This document shows positions 19,610-29,443 of a stretch of 64,000 bases of DNA, piece by piece; position 1 is the stretch's first letter, and each line of letters starts with the position of its first letter. The notes beneath the pieces are model-generated. The model saw only the letters and a program-made list of their open reading frames with translations, was not told the DNA's origin and did not search any database. This DNA is from an uncultured Flavobacteriaceae bacterium (GTDB lineage Bacteria > Bacteroidota > Bacteroidia > Flavobacteriales > Flavobacteriaceae): NCBI GenBank assembly GCA_943840765.1, contig CALSVD010000001.1, positions 13,075 through 77,074 on the forward strand, written 5' to 3'. The translations under genes and the position numbers were made by a program.

Positions 19610-19800
19610 AAAACAGAGTTAAAGAACTAAGAAAAAATCAAAAATTAACTCAAGAAGAATTAGCACAGTTGATTGGAATTTCAAGACAAGCAATTAATGC
19701 AATTGAAAAAGAAAAATTTGATCCTAGTTTGCCAACTGCCTTTAAAATGGCAAATCTATTTAAAACAACAATTGAAGACATATTTACATTTTCTAATTAA
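19606..19800 (+). CDS. XRE-family (Cro/C1-type HTH) transcriptional regulator, 64 aa
   Basis: LTQEELAQLIGISRQAINAIEKEK helix-turn-helix. Size and C-terminal FDPSL...L..IF are typical of the short YozG-like class. Confidence 0.85.
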   Translation: MKNRVKELRKNQKLTQEELAQLIGISRQAINAIEKEKFDPSLPTAFKMANLFKTTIEDIFTFSN

Positions 19801-19801
19801 T

Positions 19802-19945
19802 ATGAAAGAATCTAAAACATCAACAGGTGCAGGAATAGGTTTAATTGCTGGAATTATAATCGGAAGTATCACCAATAATGTTGGCTTATGGATTGCATTA
19901 GGTTTATGTTTTGGTGCAGGCATTGGGCAGATACTAGATAAGTAA
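19802..19945 (+). CDS. 47-aa glycine-zipper small membrane protein
   Basis: ATG is 1 nt after the XRE stop. MKESKTSTGAGIGLIAGIIIGSITNNVGLWIALGLCFGAGIGQILDK. The longer track ORF 19673..19945 is the same frame overlapping the XRE gene. Confidence 0.5.
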   Translation: MKESKTSTGAGIGLIAGIIIGSITNNVGLWIALGLCFGAGIGQILDK

Positions 19946-19962
19946 TAGCTTTAATTAAATAG

Positions 19963-20021
19963 CTGAATCCTTTAAAATATTCCATATATAATTTATTTGA
20001 TTTTAAATTAAAAGGATTCAG
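19963..20021. terminator. 11-bp inverted repeat between convergent genes (possible bidirectional terminator)
   Basis: CTGAATCCTTT (19963..19973) pairs with AAAGGATTCAG (20011..20021). The long AT-rich loop makes terminator function uncertain. Confidence 0.4.
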
Positions 20022-20024
20022 TTA

Positions 20025-21113
20025 TTACTTTAAAAAATCTGAAATCAATCTGTGAAAATGATGTACACCCTGTTCTCTTGTAGGTGAAAACCTTCCTGCT
20101 TTATAAAAAGAGGATCTTAAACCATTATGAACGTTTTCTACTACAAATTCATCTTCTTCTTCTACCTTTTGAAGTTGGTTACCTGCTCCCCTATTTAGTT
20201 TAGATTCATCGATAAACATAAGATCTGAAAGAAACCTTAGTTAAAGAATCTGAAATTGGTTTAACTAGGTTTAAAGATAAACCCCAAGGATAAAAATTAA
20301 ACATCATATTGGGAAAAACCCAGTAATAATAAGCTGCCACATTTTTTCCATAATCCAGGTGATCTTTAGGTAGTTCAAAAACATCACTATCATCTTCACT
20401 ATATCCTATTTGCAAATTACAATGCTCATAAACCTCTGTTTTATAATATTGTAATCTAAAACCTCATTTAAATCTTTGTGAACAAATGGAATATGAAATC
20501 CTTCTAAATAATTATCACAATACAACGCCCAGTGAGCATTAATGGTAAAATCTTTTGATAAAGAATCGTCAAAATCAAAATTTTCAATTGGAAGAAAACC
20601 AATTCTTTCACTCATCTTATCAATGACTGTTTGAAAATCAAAAGATGGGATTTAAACCTGCGAAAAGTAATTTTCCCCATTTAATCAAGAGGAAATTTAT
20701 GTAAATTATCACACGGCCTTGGAAAATTCTTAGCCTTTTCAAACTCAGGCATATATTCAAATTTTCCTTTATTATTAAATCTTCTTCCATGGTACATGCA
20801 AACCAATTTTTTTGATTTTCCAGGTTCAAAAACTAAAATATTTCCTCTGTGAGTACAAACATTAGTTAAACAATGAATAGTGTCATCTTCATCTCTAGTT
20901 AATACAATAGGTTCTGTCAAATAATCTTCTAATAAAAGTTGAGGGTAAACTGAATTTTTTTCTTTAACTAAATCTGAATCACCAACCCATTGCCATGATT
21001 TTAAAAAAATTTTAGTCTTTAATTCCTCAAATATTTTCAGAGTCCTTATAAAAAGATGAGGGAAGTGTTTCAGCTTTAGAAATATCAGAATCAATATTGA
21101 ATTTTCTTTTCAT
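20025..21113 (-). pseudogene. Rieske [2Fe-2S] non-haem iron oxygenase alpha-subunit-like gene, at least 4 frame breaks
   Basis: Rieske motif CTHRGN...CMYHGRRF in ORF 20681..21094. The N-terminus MKRKFNIDSDISKAETLPSSFYKDSENI* is in another frame from ATG 21113. Catalytic-domain pieces are spread over ORFs 20406..20615, 20206..20415 and 20025..20219. Confidence 0.8.
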
Positions 21114-21198
21114 TATTATGTCATTAAACTAATTCCAAGTTAATTTAAAAAACAAACAATTCAAATTTGATTAAGTTTGTTAGATTCAATAATTAATC

Positions 21199-22740
21199 AT
21201 GAGCAAAAACAACATATCAAGAACCCTAAGTAAATTAGGTATAAAAAATAATCAACAAGGTTGTTCTAACGGATCAGAATGGTTTGGTTCAGGATCAAAA
21301 ATTGACTCATTCAGCCCTGTTGATGGATCAAAACTAGGTAACGTAAGTACTGGAACAAAAAAAGATTATGAAAAATTAATTAATGATGCTCAGAATGCAT
21401 TTTTATCGTTTAGAAAAATACCTGCTCCCAAAAGAGGTGAACTTGTAAGACAATTAGGTAACAAAATTAGAGACAATAAAGCAGAACTTGGTGAATTAGT
21501 TTCATTTGAAATGGGAAAGTCTTTACAAGAAGGTCTAGGTGAAGTTCAAGAAATGATTGATATCTGTGACTTTGCAGTTGGACTTTCAAGACAACTTTAT
21601 GGATTAACTATGCATTCTGAGAGACCAAATCATAGAATGTATGAACAATACCATCCTTTAGGGATAGTTGGAATTATTTCAGCATTTAATTTTCCAGTAG
21701 CTGTTTGGAGTTGGAATGTAGCCTTGGCTTGGGTTTGTGGAAATGTTTGTATTTGGAAACCCTCTGAAAAAACTCCACTCTGTAGTATTGTTTGTCAAAA
21801 ACTAATTGCAGATGTTTTAAAGGAAAATAAAATTGATAATGGAGTTTCATGCCTAATCAACGGAGATAGTTCTGTAGGAAAATGGATGTCTGAAGATAAA
21901 AGAATAAATTTACTTTCAGCGACAGGATCTACAAGAATGGGTAAAGATGTTGCACAAAAGGTAGGTGCTAGACTTGGAAAATCCTTGCTTGAACTTGGAG
22001 GTAATAATGCTATTATAGTAACACCAAGTGTAGATATAAAACAAGCTGTAATAAATATTGTTTTTGGAGCGGTTGGAACATGTGGTCAAAGATGTACATC
22101 AACTAGAAGAATTATTGTTCATGAATCGATTATTTCTGAAATCAAAACAGAACTCGCTAAAGCATACAAACAATTAAACATTGGTAACCCTTTAGATGAA
22201 AGTAACCATGTAGGTCCATTAATTGATCTTGACGCAGTAAATCAATATATTTCTGCACTAAATCAAATTACTGAACAAGGTGGAGAATTAATCGTTGAGG
22301 GAGGGATTATCACTGGAAATGATTATGCAAGTGGATGTTACGTTAAACCTGCAATTGCTCAAATCAATAATGAAGCATCAATTGTCCAAAAGGAAACTTT
22401 CGCACCAATTTTATATGTAATTGAATATAAAGGAGAAGTTCAAAATGCTATAGAAATAATGAATGATGTGAAACAAGGTCTTTCTTCTTCAATTATGACT
22501 AAAAATCTAAAAGAATCTGAAATATTTTTATCGGCATCTGGAAGTGATTGTGGAATTGCGAATGTAAATATTGGAACTTCTGGAGCTGAAATTGGTGGTG
22601 CTTTTGGTGGAGAAAAAGAAACAGGTGGTGGAAGAGAAAGCGGTTCTGATGCTTGGAAAGTCTATATGCGAAGACAAACCAATACTATAAATTATTCAAA
22701 CGAGCTTGCTTTAGCTCAAGGAATTAATTTTGATTTATAA
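21199..22740 (+). CDS. ALDH7-type aldehyde dehydrogenase (piperideine-6-carboxylate/aminoadipate-semialdehyde dehydrogenase-like)
   Basis: 513 aa. GEVQEMIDICDFAVGLSRQLYG and ISAFNFPVAVWSWN are typical of the ALDH7 branch. Catalytic ELGGNN and CGQRC. Confidence 0.8.
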   Translation: MSKNNISRTLSKLGIKNNQQGCSNGSEWFGSGSKIDSFSPVDGSKLGNVSTGTKKDYEKLINDAQNAFLSFRKIPAPKRGELVRQLGNKIRDNKAELGELVSFEMGKSLQEGLGEVQEMIDICDFAVGLSRQLYGLTMHSERPNHRMYEQYHPLGIVGIISAFNFPVAVWSWNVALAWVCGNVCIWKPSEKTPLCSIVCQKLIADVLKENKIDNGVSCLINGDSSVGKWMSEDKRINLLSATGSTRMGKDVAQKVGARLGKSLLELGGNNAIIVTPSVDIKQAVINIVFGAVGTCGQRCTSTRRIIVHESIISEIKTELAKAYKQLNIGNPLDESNHVGPLIDLDAVNQYISALNQITEQGGELIVEGGIITGNDYASGCYVKPAIAQINNEASIVQKETFAPILYVIEYKGEVQNAIEIMNDVKQGLSSSIMTKNLKESEIFLSASGSDCGIANVNIGTSGAEIGGAFGGEKETGGGRESGSDAWKVYMRRQTNTINYSNELALAQGINFDL

Positions 22741-22744
22741 AAAA

Positions 22745-22767
22745 AGCTCCTTTAAAGGAGCTTTTTT
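22745..22767. terminator. bidirectional intrinsic terminator
   Basis: Perfect palindrome AGCTCCTTTAAAGGAGCT flanked by an A-run and a T-run, between convergent ALDH and cupin genes. Confidence 0.8.
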
Positions 22768-22785
22768 ATTTTTTTAAACAAGATA

Positions 22786-23269
22786 TTATTTAGCTAAAAC
22801 AGCTAATGGTTTATCTTTTTCACCTAGCCAAGAAACTATAAAAATAAGATCTTCACTTCCATTATTTTCCGAAATGATGCCAAGTGTTTGCAACTCCTAA
22901 AAATGCTTTATCACCTGCTTTATAAGTTTCGGATGAAAGTATTGTTTTTTCAGATCCAGTACCGTCAATAGAAGTTTCAGTATCGTAATTTACAGTCAAC
23001 TCTCCTTGAACAACATATGCAATTCCAGTATATGGATGATAATGCCAAGGTGACTTAAATCCTGGTTCCCAAACTTTAACCTGACTTGTTACTGCTGCTT
23101 CACCAGTTGGATATGAGAATACATTTCCAAGTGGATCCTGTGTCACACTAGTCATTACATCTCCATTTTTAAAAAATGAAGAAAATTCAGACTCATGTTC
23201 TTCTGTTTTGACTTCTGTATTACAACTGGATATGAATAGTAATAGAGTCAATAAAGTAAATTTTTTCAT
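22786..23269 (-). pseudogene. cupin-domain lipoprotein, frameshift near 3' end
   Basis: ORF 22862..23269 (lipobox FISSC, cupin motif WHYHPYTGIAYVVQGE) ends early at ...WHHFGK*. The tail NGSEDLIFIVSWLGEKDKPLAVLAK* continues in another frame to 22786. The break is at the T4/A4 run 22865..22868. Confidence 0.6.
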
Positions 23270-23301
23270 AAGTTTTATTTTTTAAATAAATTTAATAAAA
23301 A

Positions 23302-23722
23302 TTATTTTTCTGGATCGTATTGACAACATAAGGGAAGATTATCGTAGGCTTCTTGATTTAAATCTACCAATTCTGTTGAATAGCCTGATGCAGCTATTGT
23401 GTTGTGAATAGTCATTAATTCTACCAATTGATCATCATATACAAGATCTATTTGCTTAGTTTTAACATCCCAGTTAGCTTTAAGAACTCCATCAAGAGAC
23501 ATAGCAGAGGTTTCGATTGTCTTTTTACACATCTTACAGTTACCTTTTACAGCAAAAGAGGTTTCAGTACCCATTAGTTCAACAATAGTTTCTGCTTTAT
23601 CTCATTATCACTATTTCAACTTCTTCACTAGTGATAACATAATCAGCAATTGAATAGCCAATAAAAGCACCAAATAGTGCTGCTAATGTTATTTTAAATA
23701 TTGTTTTAAATGTTGTTTTCAT
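23302..23722 (-). pseudogene. heavy-metal-associated (HMA) domain protein, signal peptide out of frame
   Basis: The HMA part has GNCKMCK and C-terminal LPLCCQY (ORF 23302..23574). The N-terminal MKTTFKTIFKITLAALFGAFIGYSIA... starts at 23722 in a different frame and hits a stop. Confidence 0.6.
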
Positions 23723-23731
23723 ATTATTATT

Positions 23732-24079
23732 TTAATGTATTTCTAGAGTTTCATACTTGCAACAATCAGGAAGAGTATTATAAATTTTCTCAGGTGCATC
23801 GTATTTTTCGGTACTGTGTCCAAGAAGTGAAATTTCCTTGTGTATATCATCCAGATTTTATTTTTTTTGAGTTGTATATAATTGAAATTTTATTGGAAAC
23901 TATTTCCCAATTAGAATACTTTACTCCTTTTAGCCTAATAGTGCCATTTTCAATTCTTGTCCTTACACATTTCACAAACGCCTTTCACTTTAAAACTAGC
24001 ACTTTGAGCTTTGGAATTATTTTCTTGAGAATAAGTCATGCAAGAAATTAAAAGTGACAATAATTATTAAATATTTCAT
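23732..24079 (-). pseudogene. HMA-domain lipoprotein (paralog of 23302..23722), at least 3 frameshifts
   Basis: Hand translation gives three pieces in three frames: MKYLIIIVTFNFL.., ..MTYSQENNSKAQSASFKVKGVCEMCK.., and ..TRIENGTIRLKGVKYSNWEIV...NLDDIHKEISLLGHSTEKYDAPEKIYNTLPDCCKYETLEIH*. The + strand ORF 23710..24051 is antisense to it. Confidence 0.65.
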
Positions 24080-24095
24080 GTTATAAAATTAGTTA

Positions 24096-26365
24096 TTAAA
24101 TCTTAATCCTACATATATTAATGATCCGTGAATTGGAGCGTATACTAATGAAGTATCAAAATCTGTTCCAAAAGGATATCCTCCTAAAACAGGTTTTCCT
24201 GTTTATAACTTCCTATATTTTCTCCACCTAAATACATTTCAAATTTTTTAGAAAAAACTCTTGTAATTTGACTATTCACCAAACTGTAATTTGGTGAATA
24301 TCCGCTTTTTATAATACTCTAATTCATGTTTAGGCAACCTTTGTTTCCCGACCCAGTTGTAGGTTAAGTCAAATTTCCATTTTGAGCCGTTTTCTTTTTC
24401 AATTGTGGATGCTTCGATATTAGTAAAAAATCTATTTTTAGGTGTTAAAGGATTCTGTAAAAAACCAGACTTATATTGTTTTTTTACATCAAAGTTCTTT
24501 AAATGTAGATTTTAAAAGTATAGTTATCACTAATTTCATATTCAAAATCTACTTGAAAACTTTTTGCATAACTTTTACCATTTAAATTGTAAAATGATAA
24601 TTCTCCCTTGGGTTTCCCAGTCAACAATGACTTGATTTTCAAAATCTGTAACATAGTAATCAAAAGTTATATCCCCTTCTCTGTTATTAATATAAAACCC
24701 TTGTCTAAAACTTAATCCATAATTAATAGCTTTTTCAGGATCAATCCATAAAATTTTCCAGAATGATTTAGGAATTATCAGTTCTCTTCCTGTTGCAAAT
24801 ACATTTTGATTTTCAGAAATTATATTGAGATGGCTTTCTTCCAGTTCCTAGTCGAAAGTCTTAAAACAGTTTTTTCAAAAGGCTGATATCTAAGATGTAA
24901 TCTTGGAGTAAAAAAGTTTCCTAAATTATTATGAAAATCATATCTGATTCCTGCAACTAAACTTATTTTATCCATACTATCATAGCTGTATTCAAAAAAA
25001 CCTCCAAAGGATTTATCTATCCTATCACATTTCAACACTTTTCCACTGGTATGTAGCTATAATAGTGGGATCATAAACTTCATTATAATCATCATATGAA
25101 AGATTAAAACCTAACTTTAATTTTATTTAGAGTACTTCCAATAATTGAATTATAAATCATACTTGAGTAAAAACTTTTTGATCTATTTCATACTTTCTTT
25201 TTCCAAAGAAAGAATCTTGATCATGATTTGAAAAAGCCATTTGAAATCCTAAGGATTGATATGGAATATTTGGATTTACATAGCCAAATTTAAAATTAGT
25301 ATCGAATCTTTTTGTATTAATCTCCCCCCTCCATGGATCACGAACTAGAATACAACATCTTTTGTATTTTCACCAACTACTTTTTTCATCATTCATAAAA
25401 CGATAACCAAAAAAACTAACAGTTCCCTTTTGATGGATTAATATATTGCCATCTATTAAAAAAATTGAAAGCTTGCGATTTGATAAAGGATTGATCTAAA
25501 AACCCATCGTTGTTTTTATCATTAATATGGTTGTTTTTATTGGCATGTAAATAGACTCCCGTACTTAACTTGTCGTTAATAGTTTTATTAGCTGTGTAAA
25601 TTGATTTCATTTCTTCCCATTTATTTGAATAAATATTCAAATAAAAGGAGAATCTGTAGTAAGGTTTTTTTAATTCAACATTAATTTGACCTGAAATACT
25701 TTCAAATCCGTTAGCTAACACTACCAGTTCCTTTTGTTATTTGCATACTTTCAACCCATGTGCCAGGAATAAATGATAGTCCATAAACTTGAGAGGCTCC
25801 TCTTATCATTGGGATATTTTCCTCAGTTATAAGAAGATATGGACTTTCTAATCCTAAGCATTTTAACTTGCTTAGTTCCTGTTATTGCATTTGAATAATT
25901 AACATCAATTGAGGGATTAGTTTCAAAGCTCTCGGAAATATTACAACATGCAGCTTTTAATAACTCTTCACTAGAAACATTAGTAATGTTTTGAGTTTTA
26001 AAATATGATTTTTGAAGAGTTTTTTTCTTTTTATTTACTACAACTTCATCAAGAATATTTTCATTTTCAGTCATTATTATATTAAGAAAATTATGATTTT
26101 CAACATTGAATTAATTTGTCATTAAACCTAAAAATTTAAAAATTAGTTCATTAGTTAAATTAGTCTTTGAAATCTTGAATTTTCCATCAATATCAGAAAG
26201 AGTCCCTATAGATGTATCTTTCCAGTAAATACTTACACCAATTAAAGGTGTATTTTCACCTAGATCATTAGAATAACTTATTTGCCCTTCAATAATATTT
26301 TGTGAATAAATACTTAAAGAATAAAAAGATAGAATCAATAAAATTAGAACTCTTAGTTTTTTCAT
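24096..26365 (-). pseudogene. TonB-dependent receptor (CarboxypepD_reg + plug + barrel), heavily disrupted
   Basis: Fragments: signal plus CarboxypepD_reg-like (26111..26365), plug KAACCNISESFETNPSIDV (25823..26074), and barrel pieces (25416..25721, 24820..25038, plus shorter ones down to ..RIKI* at 24096). There is an in-frame TAA at 26111..26113, frameshifts near 25865 and 25722, and further breaks downstream. Confidence 0.8.
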
Positions 26366-26424
26366 GTTGCAAATAAAATTATAAAAAGAAGTTATGATTA
26401 AAATTAGAAAAAAGTTGCAAAATT

Positions 26425-26982
26425 TTATCCTAAATCTCTAAGATTTTTTCTAATAAATTGTTTTTTTCTAAAAAAAGATGGAGAATACCAGTACTGTTTT
26501 TGAAATGGTTGCTTAAATGTGAAACAGAATGATAATTAAGTTTATATGAAATTTCTTTGATAGATAATTCTTTATAGCTTAATAATTCTTTAATTTTTTC
26601 AATTTTTAAATTCAAAAAAAATTTTTCTATAGTTTTATTTTCATTTTTAGAAAACAATTTACTTAAGTAGTTATAACTATAATTTAAATTACTAGTCAAA
26701 TATTTTGAAACATTAATTTTTTCTGAGTTCTTGAGAATTAATCAATTCAATTAGAAGAGATTTTATTTTTGAACAAATAATTTTATTGTTTTTGTCAGCT
26801 ATTTCAAAGCCTTCTTTTATTAAGAAACTCTTAAGTTCTAAAAACTTTTTATCTTCTAATTTTTCGATTTCATAATGTCCTAAAGAAATGAAATTAAAAT
26901 TTATTTCTAATTTTTTAAAAATATTGTCAACGGAGTGTATACATCTGTCACAAACCATATTTTTAATTGAAAGATTATTCAT
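26425..26982 (-). pseudogene. AraC-family regulator with N-terminal HMA-like MVCDRC domain, two frameshifts
   Basis: ORF 26713..26982 (IKNMVCDRCIHSV) and ORF 26430..26699 (AraC HTH: SYNYLSKLF...ISYKLNYHSVSHLSNHFK) are joined across the A6 run 26717..26722. The expected C-terminus SPSFFRKKQFIRKNLRDLG* is in another frame, ending at 26425. Confidence 0.7.
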
Positions 26983-28043
26983 TTAAATTATAACTATTCA
27001 AGTAAGCTTTAGATCTTTCAATACTATTTAGACGTATATCTTCCCAAAATAAATTTACATCTGCTTTATGATAGTCTTTAACAGATGATAAAAGTAAAGT
27101 TTTGATAATACCCATCTTGGGTAATTTCACAAATATTTTATTATCAATACTTTCTATTTTAACAGATTTAGGAAAAACTTTCTTATTCAAATATAAAAAT
27201 CCCTTGTGATCATCATAATTAGAAGAGTTTTGATTATCCCAAGTGATAGGATTTGAACATAAAGCATCTTGAATCCAATCTTGACTTATAGTAAAAGAAG
27301 CTTTTTTAGTTTTTCTTTCGGACATTAGTCTGTATGTATTCCAAGTAACAAAACCTCCTGTTTCAGAGCTATTATTCATCATAGGAATTGTTAGAAAAAT
27401 CCTCGTTAGTGATCTTTGTCCCTATTAAATAAGCTGCAACTAATTTTTCTTGTAAAGGTTTATTATCAAAAAAGTCTTGAAGAAGTCTTTTTGCATGTCC
27501 TGCTCCTTGACTGTGACCAGCGATAATTATAGGTCTTCCATTATTAAATTTTTCCAAAAAGGTGTCAAATGCTTGTTTTATGTCATTATATGCCATTTCA
27601 TATGCTTCTTTACCTCCATTTTTCCAGAAAGATTCTCTAAATACTCTTAAATGTGCTTGTCTGTAATAGGGTATATATAGATTTCCAGTTGAAAGCCAAG
27701 CAGAGGCTTGATATTTTACGGAGGATCCAAGAACATAATCCCTTGTTTTCTGATCATAAATGTCTGCATTCCATCTTGTATTGTTCTTATCAGTTAAAAG
27801 AGTAGGATATATAAAAAAAACATTAACTGGAAGGTTTTCGTTAAGCTGAGTAAAATCATTAAAAACTTGTTGATCACCACTTGGATGAACTGCCCAGGAA
27901 TCAATATTGGAGTAATCAGGTGCATCAGAAATTTCAAAATCTTTAAAAGATTCAGAATTGTAATTAACAGGCTTGCTATTCTCAGATAATAGGCCACAAG
28001 ATGTTAACGAAAGAAAAGAAAAAAATAATATGAAATATTTCAT
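26975..28043 (-). pseudogene. DUF3089-type alpha/beta-hydrolase lipoprotein, one frameshift
   Basis: Lipobox SLTSC and nucleophile elbow GHSQGAG in ORF 27372..28070 (likely start MKYF at 28043). The C-terminal part, with TGGFVTWNTY, is in ORF 26975..27382. The break is at the A5/T5 run 27395..27399. Confidence 0.65.
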
Positions 28044-28081
28044 AACTTTAAAAGTACAATAATCGTGCAAATACTTTATCT

Positions 28082-28618
28082 ATGAAAAGCTATCCATTTT
28101 ACATCTTAATTTTAGTACTTATCTCGAGTTGTTCAATTCCAAATATGGTTGTTATAGAACTTGAATCTAAAAGCTCATCAGAAACTAATGGTTTTGTAGT
28201 GTTTGTTGAAGAAGAATCAAAGGTCACTATGGAAGCTACCATCACTAATCTAGAACCTGGAGAGCATGCTATCCATATTCACGAAAAATCCGATTGTTCA
28301 TCTGAGGATGGAAAATCAGCCGGTGGACATTGGAATCCTACTTTGGTTAATCATGGCAAATGGGGAGATTCCTCAGGTTTTCACCGTGGAGATATTGGAA
28401 ATTTCACTGTTGACGAAAACGGAAATGGATCTGTTTCTTTTAGTACCGATTTATGGTGTTTAGGTTGTGATGATAAAAACAGAAATATATTGGGTAAATC
28501 TATAATTGTTCATAAAGGAGCTGATGATTTTATTTCTCAACCTTCAGGTGCAGCTGGATCAAGGATTGCTTGTGGAGGAATTATTGAAGAAAATGCCCTC
28601 TTAAAAAGCAAAGAATAG
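28082..28618 (+). CDS. sodC: periplasmic Cu/Zn superoxide dismutase (lipoprotein)
   Basis: 178 aa with lipobox LISSC. Metal ligand pattern HAIHIHE...GGHWNP...GDIGN...VHKGADD...GSRIACGGI. Confidence 0.9.
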   Translation: MKSYPFYILILVLISSCSIPNMVVIELESKSSSETNGFVVFVEEESKVTMEATITNLEPGEHAIHIHEKSDCSSEDGKSAGGHWNPTLVNHGKWGDSSGFHRGDIGNFTVDENGNGSVSFSTDLWCLGCDDKNRNILGKSIIVHKGADDFISQPSGAAGSRIACGGIIEENALLKSKE

Positions 28619-29416
28619 CTACCACTCTCTTTGTTTATTACTTTTTTCAAGATCTAGCAATTCTTTTTCAGATAAAACTTTCAAAAAGGATGGATGTTGT
28701 TCGATAGCATATTCAATTTTTTCGACAATACTATCAATAGACTCTTTGTCATAATCAATTTCTATTGGTTTTTTAATTTCCATTGATTGAAGAATATTTC
28801 TTTTTTTTATTCTAATACCTTTTTTATCAAAAGATCTTCTAAAACCATCAATTACTATAGGGATGACAATTGGTTTATATTTTTTTATTATGTGAGCTGT
28901 TCCTTTTCTTATAGGTTTAAAAGGGGTTGTAGTTCCTTGTGGGAAGGTAATTACCCAACCATCATCAAGTGCAACTCCAATATTACTAATATCACTCATT
29001 TTTACCTGTCTATTCACATCCTCTCCTTTGGATCTCCATGTTCTTTCAATAGAGACTGAACCAACATAAGCCAATATTCGAGGTAATAAACCCGCTTTCA
29101 TTGTTTCTTTTGCTGCAACGTAGTATATGTTAAGTTTTGGTTGCCACAAATAAGTCATATTTTTTATAGAATCTACCCTTCCACTTAAACTCGCATTAAA
29201 AACATGAAACATTGCAGCAACATCAGCAAAATAAGTTTGGTGGTTTGAAACAAACAGAACATTATTTTGAGGTAAAGATTTTAAAACATCAGAGCCTTCA
29301 ATTTTTAATTTATTAAACCTGTTAAACCTTTGATGAGTTAAAAGACCTAAAACACGGATCAACCATTTTTTAATAAAAAGGTTATGTCCAAAAGGATTTC
29401 TTTTAAATAAGTTCAC
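28619..29416 (-). CDS. PlsC-family lysophospholipid acyltransferase
   Basis: 265 aa. HX4D motif NHQTYFAD and FPQGTT motif. Its stop abuts the sodC stop with zero intergenic bases. Confidence 0.75.
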   Translation of the reverse strand: MNLFKRNPFGHNLFIKKWLIRVLGLLTHQRFNRFNKLKIEGSDVLKSLPQNNVLFVSNHQTYFADVAAMFHVFNASLSGRVDSIKNMTYLWQPKLNIYYVAAKETMKAGLLPRILAYVGSVSIERTWRSKGEDVNRQVKMSDISNIGVALDDGWVITFPQGTTTPFKPIRKGTAHIIKKYKPIVIPIVIDGFRRSFDKKGIRIKKRNILQSMEIKKPIEIDYDKESIDSIVEKIEYAIEQHPSFLKVLSEKELLDLEKSNKQREW

Positions 29417-29443
29417 ACAATAAATTTTGGTTTGGCAAATGTA

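Noticed and set aside
19673-19945. 90-aa ORF overlapping the XRE gene
   Set aside because: Only the last 47 codons (from ATG 19802, 1 nt after the XRE stop) make a plausible separate peptide. The upstream part is an off-frame reading of the HTH gene.
20638-20829. 63-aa minus-strand ORF within the Rieske region
   Set aside because: It overlaps the Rieske-domain ORF in another frame. It is part of the pseudogene debris, not an independent gene.
23710-24051. 113-aa plus-strand ORF
   Set aside because: It is antisense to the frame-broken HMA lipoprotein gene, whose pieces translate sensibly on the minus strand. The sequence is low-complexity with no motif.
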